A stretch of 64,000 nucleotides of DNA from Eledone cirrhosa. Taxonomy: Eukaryota. Shown one piece after another: positions 13,129-26,400 of the stretch. Below the pieces are notes generated by a model. It searched no databases, was not told the origin of the DNA, and worked only from the letters and a program-made list of their open reading frames with translations. Position 1 is the stretch's first letter; each line of letters opens with the position of its first letter. Made by a program: the position numbers and the translations under genes. The DNA is taken from positions 20,460,001 to 20,524,000 of the forward strand of contig OZ024755.1 in assembly GCA_964016885.1 (NCBI GenBank), written 5' to 3'.

Positions 13129-13350
13129 AAATATGTATTCATGACAGTATCGGTAGAAGGTTGGACGCCATGCTTTGCAGCATAGAGTTACGGCCCTTTA
13201 CGATATGAGTTAAAATCCCGCCGAGGTTAACTTTGCCTTTCATCCTTACGGGGTCGATAAAATAAAGTACCAGTCACGCAATGAGGTCAATTCAATCGAC
13301 TTTCCCCTCTCCCAAAATTGCTGGCTTTGTGCCTATATAAGAAACCAATA

Positions 13351-13829
13351 TTACATTTATCTAACTAATGTATTCCAAAGACGGTTGTTATTTCGATTAT
13401 TGTAGTTTACCCCAAATTGTTTTATTATTGTTGCTAACTTTATTATCGTGGGCGAAGCACATTTATGTACACTACATTGACTCATATAATATTATGAAAC
13501 TCTTAAGGTCACCACCTTTGAAGAGAGTATGGTCTCGTATATTCACAATCACACACACTAATAATTGTTTCTACTTTAGGCACAAGGCCAGCAATTACCC
13601 AGTACATTACTGGTTTACATTTATCTAACTAATGTATTCCAAAAACGGTTGTTATTTCGATTATTGTAGTTTACCCCAAATTGTTTTATTATTGTTGCTA
13701 ACTTTATTATCGTGGGCGAAGCACATTTATGTACACTACATTGACTCATATAATATTATGAAACTCTTAAGGTCACCACCTTTGAAGAGAGTATGGTCTC
13801 GTATATTCACAATCACACACACTAATAAT
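13351..13829. repeat. 215-bp direct duplication flanking a 49-bp SINE 3' fragment
   Basis: 13351-13565 and 13615-13829 are near-identical (offset 264, also visible as duplicated ORFs); 13566-13614 is a minus-strand SINE tail. Confidence 0.9.
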
Positions 13830-14568
13830 GGTTCGTTGTAGATAGAAATTAGCTCTACCTTATAGCATAATAAGTATTTCCAGATAAGTGGGCACATCTC
13901 CAAACACCAGGAAGTGGTTACAACAAAGTCACCACCTTGAATTATAAATCTGTTATCTCTCCGCCCATAATCCCAATAACCCTTCGTATAATGGAATCCA
14001 TCAACTTCAACTCTCTTTAAAACGCGTTCAAATTATGTGAATACAAATATTAAGACAAAATATGGAATGTAAAAATATACAAATCAATTTGTTTATTCAT
14101 TTTCTACTCGTAATTATTTCCCAGAGCCACAATCCAATTACCAAGACTTAAAATAATACTTCATTGCAGTTTGTTTTAGTAAAAGGAATCCATTAATACG
14201 ACTCAACAACACAATGAACCATTGGACAATGTAAAACCATGAATATCAGTCTATCTGTGTACATATCCGTATATATATATATATATATATATGTGTGTAT
14301 ATGTGTGTGTATGTATGTCTATCTATATATATATATCGTATCATATAATATATATCTGTATATCCATATACATATTTAACGAGACAGATATATACAAAGC
14401 TAGATAGAGAGAGATAGGAAATGAGTGCAAAAGAGAGACATATGGATATACAAATTGTGTGTGTGCGTGTGCGTGTGCGTGTGTGTGTTATAATATACAC
14501 TTTTCAACACTTAATATCTAATTCCCGTCAAAGTATCGTCTGTTGAAACAGGTGTTACCTGTAGTAAT

Positions 14569-14608
<40 letters not shown>

Positions 14609-14932
14609 CGTATATATAGAGAGAGTCAATTGTTAGATAGGAATGAAAGAGGCGTGTGTTTGGGTAAAAGGCAATAATAAATATGATTAAAAAAAAGCAC
14701 ACACGACATGGACAATGTAAAAGAACACGAACAAATTCCTATATCGTTAGCTAACTACTTGAGATCATCAAGGTTTCTGTGTTTCGAAAGTTGAGATCAT
14801 TCGTACCAGTACATATGAGTGTTCAATATAACAAGGAGTTGGAATACGATAACGTAGAATAGTGAGTCTTTTGTGATTAAATGCACAAATAAAAGACAAG
14901 CAGGTGCCGGAACATTCGGGGATGCATCAACT

Positions 14933-15198
14933 AACAAGGTACAGTATACAACAAGGTACGCAACAAGGTACAGTATACAACAAGGTACGCAACAAGGTAC
15001 GCAACAAGGTACAGTATACAACAAGGTACGCAACAAGGTACAGTATACAACAAGGTACGCAACAAGGTACAGTATACAACAAGGTACGCAACAAGGTACA
15101 GTATACAACAAGGTACGCAACAAGGTACAGTATAAAACAAGGTACGCAACAAGGTACAGTATACAACAAGGTACGCAACAAGGTACAGTATACAACAA
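14933..15198. repeat. 29-bp minisatellite built from alternating 17- and 12-bp subunits
   Basis: AACAAGGTACAGTATAC + AACAAGGTACGC, about 9 units, with one extra 12-mer. Confidence 0.95.
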
Positions 15199-16203
15199 GT
15201 TAGCCATGAGGATATCGAGGGAGAAATCACTTTCTTCCCCTATCTCTATCTCCACCTTTCTTCTGACACTTTCGATTTATTCCTCTCCCTTCTACTTTCT
15301 TCACCTCGCCCTTCTACTTCCTTGACCTTGCGTGAGCGCCATGTCCCTCTACCTCAGAGAGCTGCCATCAATCGTAATATTGACATCATTGTTATATCGT
15401 CTCAAGATTAATGTTCGAATTAATTGCTTGTTTTTTTTTTCTCTCTGATATTCATTCACTTTAGATTATCTTCATATTTCCACGTTTACATTCCACTATT
15501 ATACGTTCTCTCACTTCTCTGCCTTATTCTTACATCAACAAACTTCCTCTCTTTCCATCGTTATTATGTATCACCAATCACGACCTGTTAATCTCTCTTA
15601 TTCCTATATAACATCTTTATCCACCATAGATTTCAAACAAAACACTTTTTTTTTTTCAGTTTCTCAAAAGCTCAACACTTGAGAAGGTTATGGTTCAATA
15701 ATCTAAACCAGAGGTTCCCAAAGTGGGCGCCACCGCATTTGAGAGGGTCCAGAGAGCGCTGGAGCCTAAGGGGGTAGTGGGGGCGGTATAATAGTATATT
15801 AAATATCAAATGATACATATAATATATAAATATAGTAAAATAAAAAATATATATTTATTTATACATTTCATATTATATTATTTATATATATATATATATT
15901 ATGTTTTATATATATTATATATATTTATATATATAATATATATATATATAAAAAGGGGCGATAGATTGGCAGTATCGGTAGAGGGTCTGACCCCATGCTT
16001 TGCAGCACAGTTACGTCCCTTAACGGACTGAGTTCAAATCCCGCCGAGATTAACTTTGCCTTTCATCCTTACGGGGTCGATAAAATAAAGTACCAGCAAT
16101 GTACTGGGTAATTGCTGGCCTTGTGCCAAAATGTTTGACAACTTCTGAAATAAATATATATGGAAGAGGAAACAACTTAATGGAAAAGGATGAATATAAA
16201 ATA

Positions 16204-16371
16204 CCGTATTTCCTGGCATCGAAGACGCTACTTTTTTCCTAAAATAAGTCTCAAAAATCTACCATACGTCCTGGAGGCCGAAGGTTGTTTATTATTTTTT
16301 TTTCAAATTTTGGTTGTCAAAATTAGGATGCGTACTCGACGACGAAGCGTCTTCGGGGCCGGGAAATACGT
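16204..16371. mobile_element. Tc1/mariner (Tc2-like) MITE
   Basis: TIRs CGTATTTCCTGGCATCGAAGACGC / GCGTCTTCGGGGCCGGGAAATACG; left end TA-CCGTA. Confidence 0.6.
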
Positions 16372-18279
16372 TTCTTGTTTTGTTTTTTTTGTTTTTTTTT
16401 TGTTGGGGGGGGGTTCCATTTCTTTGCAACGCAGATTTGTTTCTCTAAAGCAGGTAATCACCATTGGGTTAAATTTTTTTTATTTCTGTGGTTTTAAATG
16501 CCATGTTGAAGAATATTTCTCGCTAATATTCAGTAGGTCACTTAACGAAGTGAAAGAAATGACCACCAATAAAACCTTCAATATTAGGGCAATTAAAGGA
16601 TACTTTTGTCAGACAATTACTATTTTAGCCACGAATAATTAATGTATACGAGGATGTTATTATATTTTATACTAAAACTTAAAGCTGTCGGCAAAATATT
16701 GATTTTTATAGCTCTTTTGCTCCAGTTCTACTAACTTTAGAAACAAACTAAAACTTTCCAGCTCTTTTATATTTATACCACCGAAAGCAGACATAGCAAG
16801 ATGCTAGAAGAATAATTATCAGGAGGGTATAAAAAAATAGAATTGCAAATAAAATTATGATAACTAAATATGAAATAAGCATTCTTTTAATTTTGTTTTC
16901 TGTAGACTTTACTTTCTTTCTTGTTTTGCTTCATTTAATATCTAGCGGTCTCTTAAGACTTTATAGCGTCGGAAACAGTCAAAATGCGACAGTATGGTGA
17001 TGTTCAGCTCACTTTGCGTACAGTAAAATATATGAAAGCAAAATTTTGAAGTCATGGCGTTTTTTTCTTATCTCCCATAAGATGCAAAAAAGAAGTATCC
17101 ACTCTTAAATCTGATTTAGATTCTATTTTATCTGCAAACGTTGACATACGTTCTGACTGTAATCTGACATGTTTGTCGTATACATTCTTTTTTTTTTTTT
17201 TTAGTATTTTTTTTTTACATAAAACCAACAGCAGCAAAAAAGAATCTTTAAAGCAAATGTCTGTCAATATGATACAGTTGGATATTCACACGTCTTACTG
17301 ACAAAACCAAACGCGGAGAAAATATATATATTTAGAGATGTTAACCTGATCGCAAAGAAGCTATCATCATGACATTAAATTTTAGAAAATATTGTTGATA
17401 TTATTATTATTATTATAAAAGTTTCTAAATTTAGTGCAAGTCGAAGAAGGGTAGTTGAGAAAATAAGGAACTAGTGTTTAACTGGTACTTACATTAGTGA
17501 CACTAGAGGAATAAAACGCTAAGACGACTCCGGTGGAATATAAACTCAGAACTTAAAGTGAAGGAACTAAATATCACAAAACAAATCTTTCCGCTGTCTT
17601 AACAATGTTTCCATTCTATACGTCATATAATAATTGTTTCCACTTTTGGCACAAGGCCAGCAATTATTCCAGTGCATTACTGGTACTTTATTTTATCGAT
17701 CCCGTAAGGATGAAAGGCAAAGTTAACCTCGGCGGGATATGAACTCAGACTGTAAAGGGACGTAACTATGCTGGAAAGCATGGCATCCGACCCTCTACCG
17801 ATACTGCCAACATCATTATACGTTCTGAGTTCAAATCCTGCTAAGGTTAGCTTTGCCTTTCATCCTTACTGGGTCGATAAAATAAAATACCAGTAAGTGA
17901 TCAGCACTGTGATGCCATAACATTGGGTGAATGCTGAAATCACCAAGCATGGATCAATAGCGGCATTTTTGATACTCGTAAACCTATTGAGAAGGTAAAG
18001 TCAATAAAATGGATTTGGTCGCTACTTTATTTATAGACCCACGAGTGGATGAAGCGTACAGATGACCTGAAATGGATTTGTGAATGTACAGATATCAAAG
18101 GAAATAATAATGGTCTCTGATTTAGGCACAATATCAAGAAATTAAATAGACCGCAGTGCATTACTGGTACTTTATTTCATCTACCCCGTAAGGATGAAAA
18201 GCAAAGGTAACTTTGGCAGGATTTGAACTCAGAACGTATAATAATACAATGCAAATATTGCTGGAATACTGCATAACAA

Positions 18280-18800
18280 AAAAGAAATACCCGAAACAAG
18301 TGATCCTCGTAAAATCTCAAAGAATCCGTCGGTATGAAAACGACCAACGATTTTAAACTAAACAAACAGTTCAACTCCAACCGCAATCGATTTTCACAAG
18401 TCCTTGGTTAAGAACTAAAAATTGACGGAGTATCACCAGCAAGACATTTAGAGAAATAGAAATATTTTGAGGAGAAATATACAGAGTAAAAGAATCATTA
18501 GGGACACTATGTGTCATAACAAACAACACAACAGCTGAAAACTCCCGAGAGGTTAAAAGAACAGAAGTTAATCACGCACTGCAGAAAATAAAATAAACAG
18601 TAGGCAACAAGATATAATACACTGAATCTTATAGTGCCATATTATGTATTCCTTCAACCTATAAAACCTTATCTTCAATAATATCGCAGCGGTTGTATAA
18701 GTACATGTCAAATGTGATTTTTTTTTCGGAAAAGTAGGAGTGATGCAGCAATGGTTCATACAGATTTAACAACTAACTTTTGATTAATATGACAATAAAA
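18280..18800 (+). pseudogene. Decayed R4/Dong-like non-LTR retrotransposon ORF fragment
   Basis: Broken translation KSQRIRRYE..LNKQFNSNRNRF..TEVNHALQKIK..VMQQW resembles the pre-RT region of RLE-type LINEs; many stops and frameshifts. Confidence 0.4.
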
Positions 18801-18894
18801 GAAGACTGCAAAAAGAGAAGAAATAATTTTAGCATAGAGAGAGTTGACTAGCATAGAGAATGTTTACAATATACCTCAAACATGGATACTGAAA

Positions 18895-19082
18895 ATACTA
18901 GTCGTGAGTAAAGTAGTCGCACTATTGAGAAAATACTTGAAACCTGTGAGTAAAGTATTCGCACTATTGAGAAAGTACATGTATCTTGTGAGTAAAGTAT
19001 TCGCACTATTGAGAAAATACATGTATCTTGTGAGTAAAGTATTCGCACTATTGAGAAAATACATGTATCCTGTCATGAGTAA
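18895..19082. repeat. 42-bp minisatellite, ~4.3 copies
   Basis: GTGAGTAAAGTATTCGCACTATTGAGAAAATACATGTATCTT units. Confidence 0.95.
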
Positions 19083-19401
19083 ATAATAAACAGTTTTGAA
19101 AATACGAACCAATAAAAAAAGAAACAACAAAAACTAAATCCATCTCAATTAAAAGAGGAATACACCAAGGGGAGTTACTCCTTTTCTCTAGTGTCCAACG
19201 CTCTACCAAATACTGCCAATCCACTCCCCTACATGGAACCAAGTAATAACGATTACAAGTTCTTAATTCACCACCACCAGCAACACACCAAATGACTGGG
19301 TGCAAATTAATAGAATCGTTAAAATCAATTTTAAATGAATCTCGAAAATTTCCAAACATAGAATAAGGATAAAACAACCCCCAGTGTAAAGTGGTATGTT
19401 A

Positions 19402-19617
19402 TTAACCCTTTAGCATTGACATTACTCTATATTTACTGTTGTATTTTCATGGTAAAGGCTTTACCTCACATAATATCGAATTTACGAGATTTTTATATTA
19501 CTTATTTTGAGAACAAAACATTAACATAAGTATGAGTGGCCAGTTACAGTCGGTTTGAACAGAAAGAGGTGAGAGAATTCTGGCCGGATGTGGCCGGTTT
19601 AAATGCTAAAGGGTTAA
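19402..19617. mobile_element. piggyBac-type MITE (~210 bp)
   Basis: TTAA-CCCTTTAGCATT ... AATGCTAAAGGG-TTAA. Further copies at 23867-24075, 28869-29062 and 37579-37794 (the last two in opposite orientation). Confidence 0.85.
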
Positions 19618-20790
19618 GTCAGGAATTTGATATGTTAGTCTCCTCTCCGAAATAGATATTAGCGTCACTGAACGAGATTTCAGCACATACAATATTTTAA
19701 TCATTAGTTATCGTTTGTTTCATGTTAAGATATAAGATATATAATCCTTTTAATTGAATTCCCTTTCCTGTAGTTTATAGTTATGGTATTTGACTTCTCT
19801 TTAATAATAGTCCTTGAGGTATTAAACATATATATAGAATTTTTAATCATATATATATATATATATTGTTTCTCCTAGACAGAAGAACGTACCTTCTTGA
19901 GAAAAGTGAAATAATATGTATATGCGCGTGTGTATGTGTGCATACATGTATGTAGATGTATGAGTAAATATATATATATATCTGTCAGATAATAACCGAC
20001 TCTTACGGCCACCTGACCTACATTGTTTAAAGACACCGGCTTATTTTTACTAGATATAATACACCCCACGACATCTTTTACATGTCAATTTTATACATCT
20101 GCCTCATGTCAGCTAGTTTTACACGCTAAAATCGTAGATATACTATACTTCCCACCTAGATTGATGTTGTGATTATTTCAAATAATTTATTGCTAGCATT
20201 GTTAGTATTGTTGTTATTGTTCTGATTGAATGCCATTACTACTATATATAGTAGCCATGTCTGTATATTCTTTTCATTCTCACAAGCTCCGATGAATTGA
20301 CTGGTTATAACTTTGTATTGGTGATCGAGTAACGTGAAAATAAGCGGGTAGCGATCTCTAGACCTACCAGTTCAGAGAAACAATTGTCAGCAATGAGATT
20401 AAAAACCTTTTTTGTATAGCAAACCGTGTCACTCTTCTTTCCTGATTTATTATTACTCCAAGTGTTTACAACATAGGAATTACAGCCTACTCGCAACATC
20501 ACTATGGAAACGCCTTAGCCAAGCGTTGATATCATCCACTACCCGGAGTACCATAACTGGACTACACCTAAGTGGACTACCTATAACAATAATTTGTTAC
20601 CCCGTATATATATATATATATATATATATAAACGTATACACACACTCAAAATATATATATATATATAAATGTATACACACACAAATATATATATATATAT
20701 ATAAATGTATACACACACAAATATATATATTATGCTAATTGGGAGAGGAAATGGAGTATATATCTTATCAAATGATTCTATGGACATAAT

Positions 20791-20821
<31 letters not shown>

Positions 20822-20822
<1 letters not shown>

Positions 20823-20960
20823 CGAAAAGTAAACAGGAAAAACACGACAGAGGATGAAGTTCAATGAAGATATTAGATTCCCGCTAGGAAAAATCTGAAT
20901 GTTTCGGATGCTAGTCCTTCATCATAATATAAAGTGAGAAATTAAAGAAGAAATATAAAG
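20822..20960 (-). mobile_element. (TA)n-adjacent Penelope-like terminal fragment with degenerate minimal hammerhead
   Basis: Minus strand ATGATGA-A-GGA-CTAGCA-TCC-GAAAC at 20901-20925; a related truncated CTGATGAAGGACT lies at 38392-38404 (-), also next to (TA)n. Confidence 0.4.
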
Positions 20961-21069
20961 ATAGACAAGAGTTATCAGGGGTAGAAACGAAAAAATATTC
21001 AGTATTAAAATTTATAAAAAAAAGAATACCTCTACTCTCCGAAGTGGCAAGAACGTAACGTAAAATAAT

Positions 21070-21444
21070 TGTTTCTACTTTAGGCACAAGGCCAGCAATT
21101 ACTCAGTACATTACTGGTACTTTATTTTATCGATCCTGTAAGGATGAAAGGCAAAGTTAACCTCGGCGGGATTTGAACTCAGACTGTAAAGGGACGTAAC
21201 TATGCTAGAAAACATGGCGTCCAACCCTCTACCGATACTGCCAATTCACGTAACGTAAAATAATTGTTTCTACTTTAGGCACAAGGCCAGCAATTACCCA
21301 GTGCATTACTGGTACTTTATTTTATCGACCCCGTAAGGATTAAAGGCAAAGTCAACCTCGGCGGGATTTGAACTCAGATCGTAAAGGGACGTAACTATGC
21401 TGGAAAGCATGGCGCTCGACCCTCTACCAATACTACCAATCCAC
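21070..21444 (-). mobile_element. Two tandem SINE copies with a triplicated 16-bp target site
   Basis: CGTAACGTAAAATAAT at 21054, 21249 and 21445. Confidence 0.9.
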
Positions 21445-22009
21445 CGTAACGTAAAATAATGAATTAAGGCTAGCAAGCGATAAAGGAAGAATTGAAGGGT
21501 GGAGATAGACGACATACAGAAAGTGTTACAATAGTGAAACGTGGGGCCTCCATATATATGTGGTGACAATGTTACTATAATATAGAGTTCTGGATTGGCA
21601 AAATTAGTAGGATGTTCGATAATTTGTTATTGAGGCATTTTTTCTAGATCTTTACATCATCAGTTCAAGTCACATTTGCGACATCTTTGCTTTACATCCT
21701 GGGGCCGATAGAATAAAGTACTAGTCAAGTACTAGTCAAGTACAGGGTCAAATTCAATCAAATTTACTCTTGCCCCAAATTTTCTGCCCTTGAGCCTAAA
21801 TTAGAAATCAAATTTATCAAATGGATTGGCAGTATCAGTATAGGGTCGAATGCCATGCACTGCAGCATAGAGTAACAGCCTTTTACGGTTTGAGTTCAAA
21901 TCCAGCTGAAGTTAACTTTGCCTTTCATCCTTATGGGGTCGATAAAATAAAGTACCAGTAATGCACTGGGTAATTGCTGGTCTTGTGCCAAAAGTAGAAA
22001 TAATTATTA

Positions 22010-22290
22010 TAACACCGCTCTGATTTATCACTCAAGTGGAGTACCCTGGTCCTGTCACCTTTCACTTCTTCTCCAACCCACAATTCTCAAACCTTTCAGA
22101 ACGCCCACAATGTTTGTGGCCTTTTCGTCCATAGATCTCTGCAACTAGGACCACAGCCAGCTCCCTACCTCGCTCCACACCCACTTGTTATAGCTGTCTC
22201 TACCACAAAACCAACACCCTCATGCAACTCAAGAACTACGTCTTCCACCCCAGTTGCATCTCCAACAACATCATCTATGTCCATACATTT
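22010..22290 (+). pseudogene. Decayed Penelope-like (Neptune-type) ORF fragment, RT-thumb to GIY-YIG linker
   Basis: Broken translation PLIYH..HFFSNP..FQNAHNVCGLFVHRSL..CYSC..SCISNNIIYV resembles AFRRxxNLRDLLVHS..CxxC..TCxSxNVIY of PLE endonucleases. Confidence 0.5.
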
Positions 22291-23034
22291 ATATTAGCCA
22301 TATAACGGACTGAGTTTCTAAGCAACTGAATATCTTACCCCGGTTGTAATGTAGTCATTCTCTAAGGTTTAATTTTTTTGTTTTTAACAAGATTAGCAAC
22401 CTCTTAGAGTTATCCCCGTTGGAATCATGTATTCTCGTGTATAAGAATTATCTAAACAAAATGTATTAAATATATTGGTTTATAGTGAGAATTGTATCGT
22501 GGATTTCCCCTGTGAAGTATATAACTCAGATTGAACGAATGGATTTAGCATAGTATGCATCTACAGAGAAGTCACACACACACAAGATATGCATCGAGAG
22601 AAAAACAATGTCTCACACACACACACACACACACACACACGGTAAGCATAGTGAATGGAACAGTCACAAACATCGAGAGAAAACAAAGACACACACATAC
22701 ATCGAGAGAGATACTAAGCCATCCCCCACATAAACATTACGTAGGATGTCTATTAAAATGGTGAAAATAAAAAGAGAAATGAATGAAAGAGAGATCGTGA
22801 AGAGATCAGCAAACCATGTCTTACAAGATTTATTCATTTAGAAATAGGTAAGTTAATCTCAGGGTTATATAGATTTCTATAATAGGGATATCTCAAGGGT
22901 TGTTATTGAAGTGGAATCAAATGTCTCATATATATATATATACACATACACACATATATATACACATACACACACACACACATATATATACACACACACA
23001 TATATATACACACACACATATATATACACACACA

Positions 23035-23150
<116 letters not shown>

Positions 23151-23219
23151 CGCACACACATATATCTGTGAGTGTGAGAGAGAGAGAGAGTATGTGTGTG
23201 CGTATATATATATATGTGT

Positions 23220-23250
<31 letters not shown>

Positions 23251-23294
23251 CGCACACACACACATATATCTGTGAGTGTGAGAGAGAGAGAGTA

Positions 23295-23327
<33 letters not shown>

Positions 23328-23369
23328 TGCCCCAACATGGCCTCAGCCTGTCAGCTGGAACACGTAATA

Positions 23370-23456
<87 letters not shown>

Positions 23457-23459
23457 CGC

Positions 23460-23495
<36 letters not shown>

Positions 23496-26400
23496 GGTAA
23501 GAGAGAGAACCCATAAAGACGATAACGAAGCTAAAATATTAGCATTGATTAAATATAAAAAATCTTAAGCGTTGTTTTCGGCTTGGTAAATTTGGCCCCC
23601 TGTCAGCACCTTCATTTATGAAGCTAATTTTACTCTAATTTTATTATCTTTTAAAGCTGCCTTCTTAACGATGTGCGACCTTGACAGCAGTAATTGTTTT
23701 TTGTAGGCGATCAAGAATAATGCCAGATTAGTTTCGAAGTAAAACAAGTGTCTTGATGTTTTTGCATAGTATACTGAACATGAAGCTAGAATTGCTGCCA
23801 TATCTCTCTCAACCTCTCAAGTTCTTTGACTACAATTTTAATAAAACATTGCAAAGTATAAGTGTCTTAACCCTTTACCATTTACATTATTCTATATACA
23901 CTATTGTATGTTTGTGGTAAAGAGTTTACATAATTAGCTCACATAATATTGAATCTACGATATTTTGAGAACGATACCCTAACATTGGTATAAGTGGCTG
24001 ATTACGGCCAGTTTAAACAGAAAGAGGTGAGAGAATTCTGGCCGAATACGACCAGTTTAAATGCTAAAGAGTTAAAAGGAGAAGTAGTGTAGTTTCATTG
24101 TATCTTCAATACAACTCAAGTAACAGATAGAATCGGAGTTGAGTATGTATTTGTGCTTTTAGTGTTAGAAACGGGAAACTTCACCCCAATGATTATCAGT
24201 GTTCTCATCCTAGACAAGTATGGTCATAATGAATTGGTCCCTAATAAAGTTTTGATAGCAAGCCACATCATAAAATCAAACGCAAAATGCTGCAATGTGT
24301 CTGAATGAATAAATCGAAACGAAGGAACATATAAAACCTATCTTAAAAATTCTATTTCATATAAAGTTCTAACAACTATTTGGATAACAAACATTGACAG
24401 GCAATCTCAAAAGTTATCTGGTGACATATATTTCGTATCGTGATACTTAAGCCAATTATTTCACTTCAATATAAGTTTTATCAAACTATGTTATTCATAA
24501 TATTAATCAAATTGTTTTGTTTTTTTTATATCTTAACCCTCCAGCCACCTCTATTTTCTATTCTATAAAATACTTTTGGTTTAAAGCGCCTAGCCGATAA
24601 TAGGGAGATATGGGTTTCGATTCTTTGTAGCAGCCGATGACAACTTCTTTTACCGTCCTTAAGGGTATTCACCTTATTTTTTTACCTATTTTATAACATT
24701 ACCGTGCATAAGCACACAATTATTTTAACTTTAAGATATAGTAGAAAAGACAATATTTTGAGCTTTTTATCTACTTTCCTCGTCCCTGTGATATCATAAA
24801 TGTGATATCACTTCCATAAAAATAAAGATGTCTAGATATAGTAAGGTGGTGATTATATATATATCACTCTAGACTATCTTATTACCGGTTTGTAATTAAA
24901 CGCATCTCATTGTTATATGACAAGCATACATATAATTTAAATTTTTATTTAAATATTAAATTAAACAATTTGATTATCATTGCCTTATATTGTTATTGTA
25001 AAATATTACTGAATTCCTCCAGAGTAATGTTTCTTTTTGTCATTTTCTTCTCAATTCTACAAAGACTAACGATATATGTGAGTTAATAAAACAAGAAAGA
25101 GTTTAAGTTTTTCTTTCTGTGATACAGCGTTTGGAAAGAATTTGGAGATTTATTTTTCTTTTAGTTTTATTAATCCAATTCGAATATAGCTAGCATATCG
25201 TAGCACTTCGAAATAATTCTTTTGAGAGTAAATGCCAAACAAAACTGCATTTCATGTACCACGCAATCTTTTTCATGTTTCTATATTGCATTAGATTGTA
25301 TTAGTATTTGTAGTTGTAAATACACTGCAGTTTTTAAGTAACTTAATTTTATTACAGTTATCTCCAAGAAATTTTCCTTATTTATTAGTGTGGCTGCATA
25401 AACTTAAATATTGGTATTCTAAAGAATAACTTCTTTTACATATTGAATTAAGGCTTCTTCGATAAATGCTACTAAATATAATAGATACCATTTAGATTAT
25501 AATTGAATAAAACTACTTATTAGGTACCAATAAATTGTTAATGTTTGGCATTTGTTACATTCATTCTGTACCATTTTAAGCATCTTCTATATTATATTTC
25601 TATAAGCCCGCGAGGTTTTGTCTCTGTTGGGAAATTTATATTCGAGAAGAATAAAGGAATGACAATGAATAGGAATTCAAAAATAACATTATTTGAGAAC
25701 AATGTTTCCTTTCTCTTTTATGTAATAAATCAAATTGAAGATATTTAATACACGAAGTTCGTGATCCTTTTCGGATATAAACATTAAATACAAAATGCAG
25801 ATATTTTCATCACCTCTTGTTCTTCCTTTTCTGGCCAATTTCATAAGAAAAGTCTTTCTAAATTTACGAAACTTGCCTATTTGTTAAATAGCCTGTAGCC
25901 TTTAACAAAGTCCATTATATTACCACTAGATAATTGCTTCGTGATCGAACAAGAGTGTCATTGTAATTAAAAGGTAATTGATAGGCGTTCATTATTAAAA
26001 ACATGCCAATATAGAGCAATGTATTTTTTTGACATGAATTTTTGATAACCTCAAGTGTTAATTATTTAAAGAAGCTTTGAGATTAAAGTGTAGCATATAA
26101 AATATAAAATGAATTTAATTTTTTTTTTCTATTCATCTAAAATGTATATATGATAAAATATTTACTGACACACACAAGCACAAACACGCATATATATATA
26201 TAATCAGTTGAAAAGGGGTAAAGTTCTATACAAATCAAAAATTATAGGTAAAACGTAAAAGGGGAAAAAGCACCGAGGTATTATTTTTTCTTTAATCGAA
26301 CAGAATGAATATTGTTATAATTGTTACATTAAATGAATTGAAATTTTTAATTTTCTAAAATATTACCGGTTTAAATTAATATATAAATCTTATTAAATAT

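Noticed and set aside
14933-15198. CRISPR-like periodicity (also 18895, 57451, 59464)
   Set aside because: No unique spacers, no cas genes, eukaryotic context.
15708-15790. hAT-like left end CAGAGGTTCCCAAAGTGGG
   Set aside because: No matching right TIR or 8-bp TSD found.
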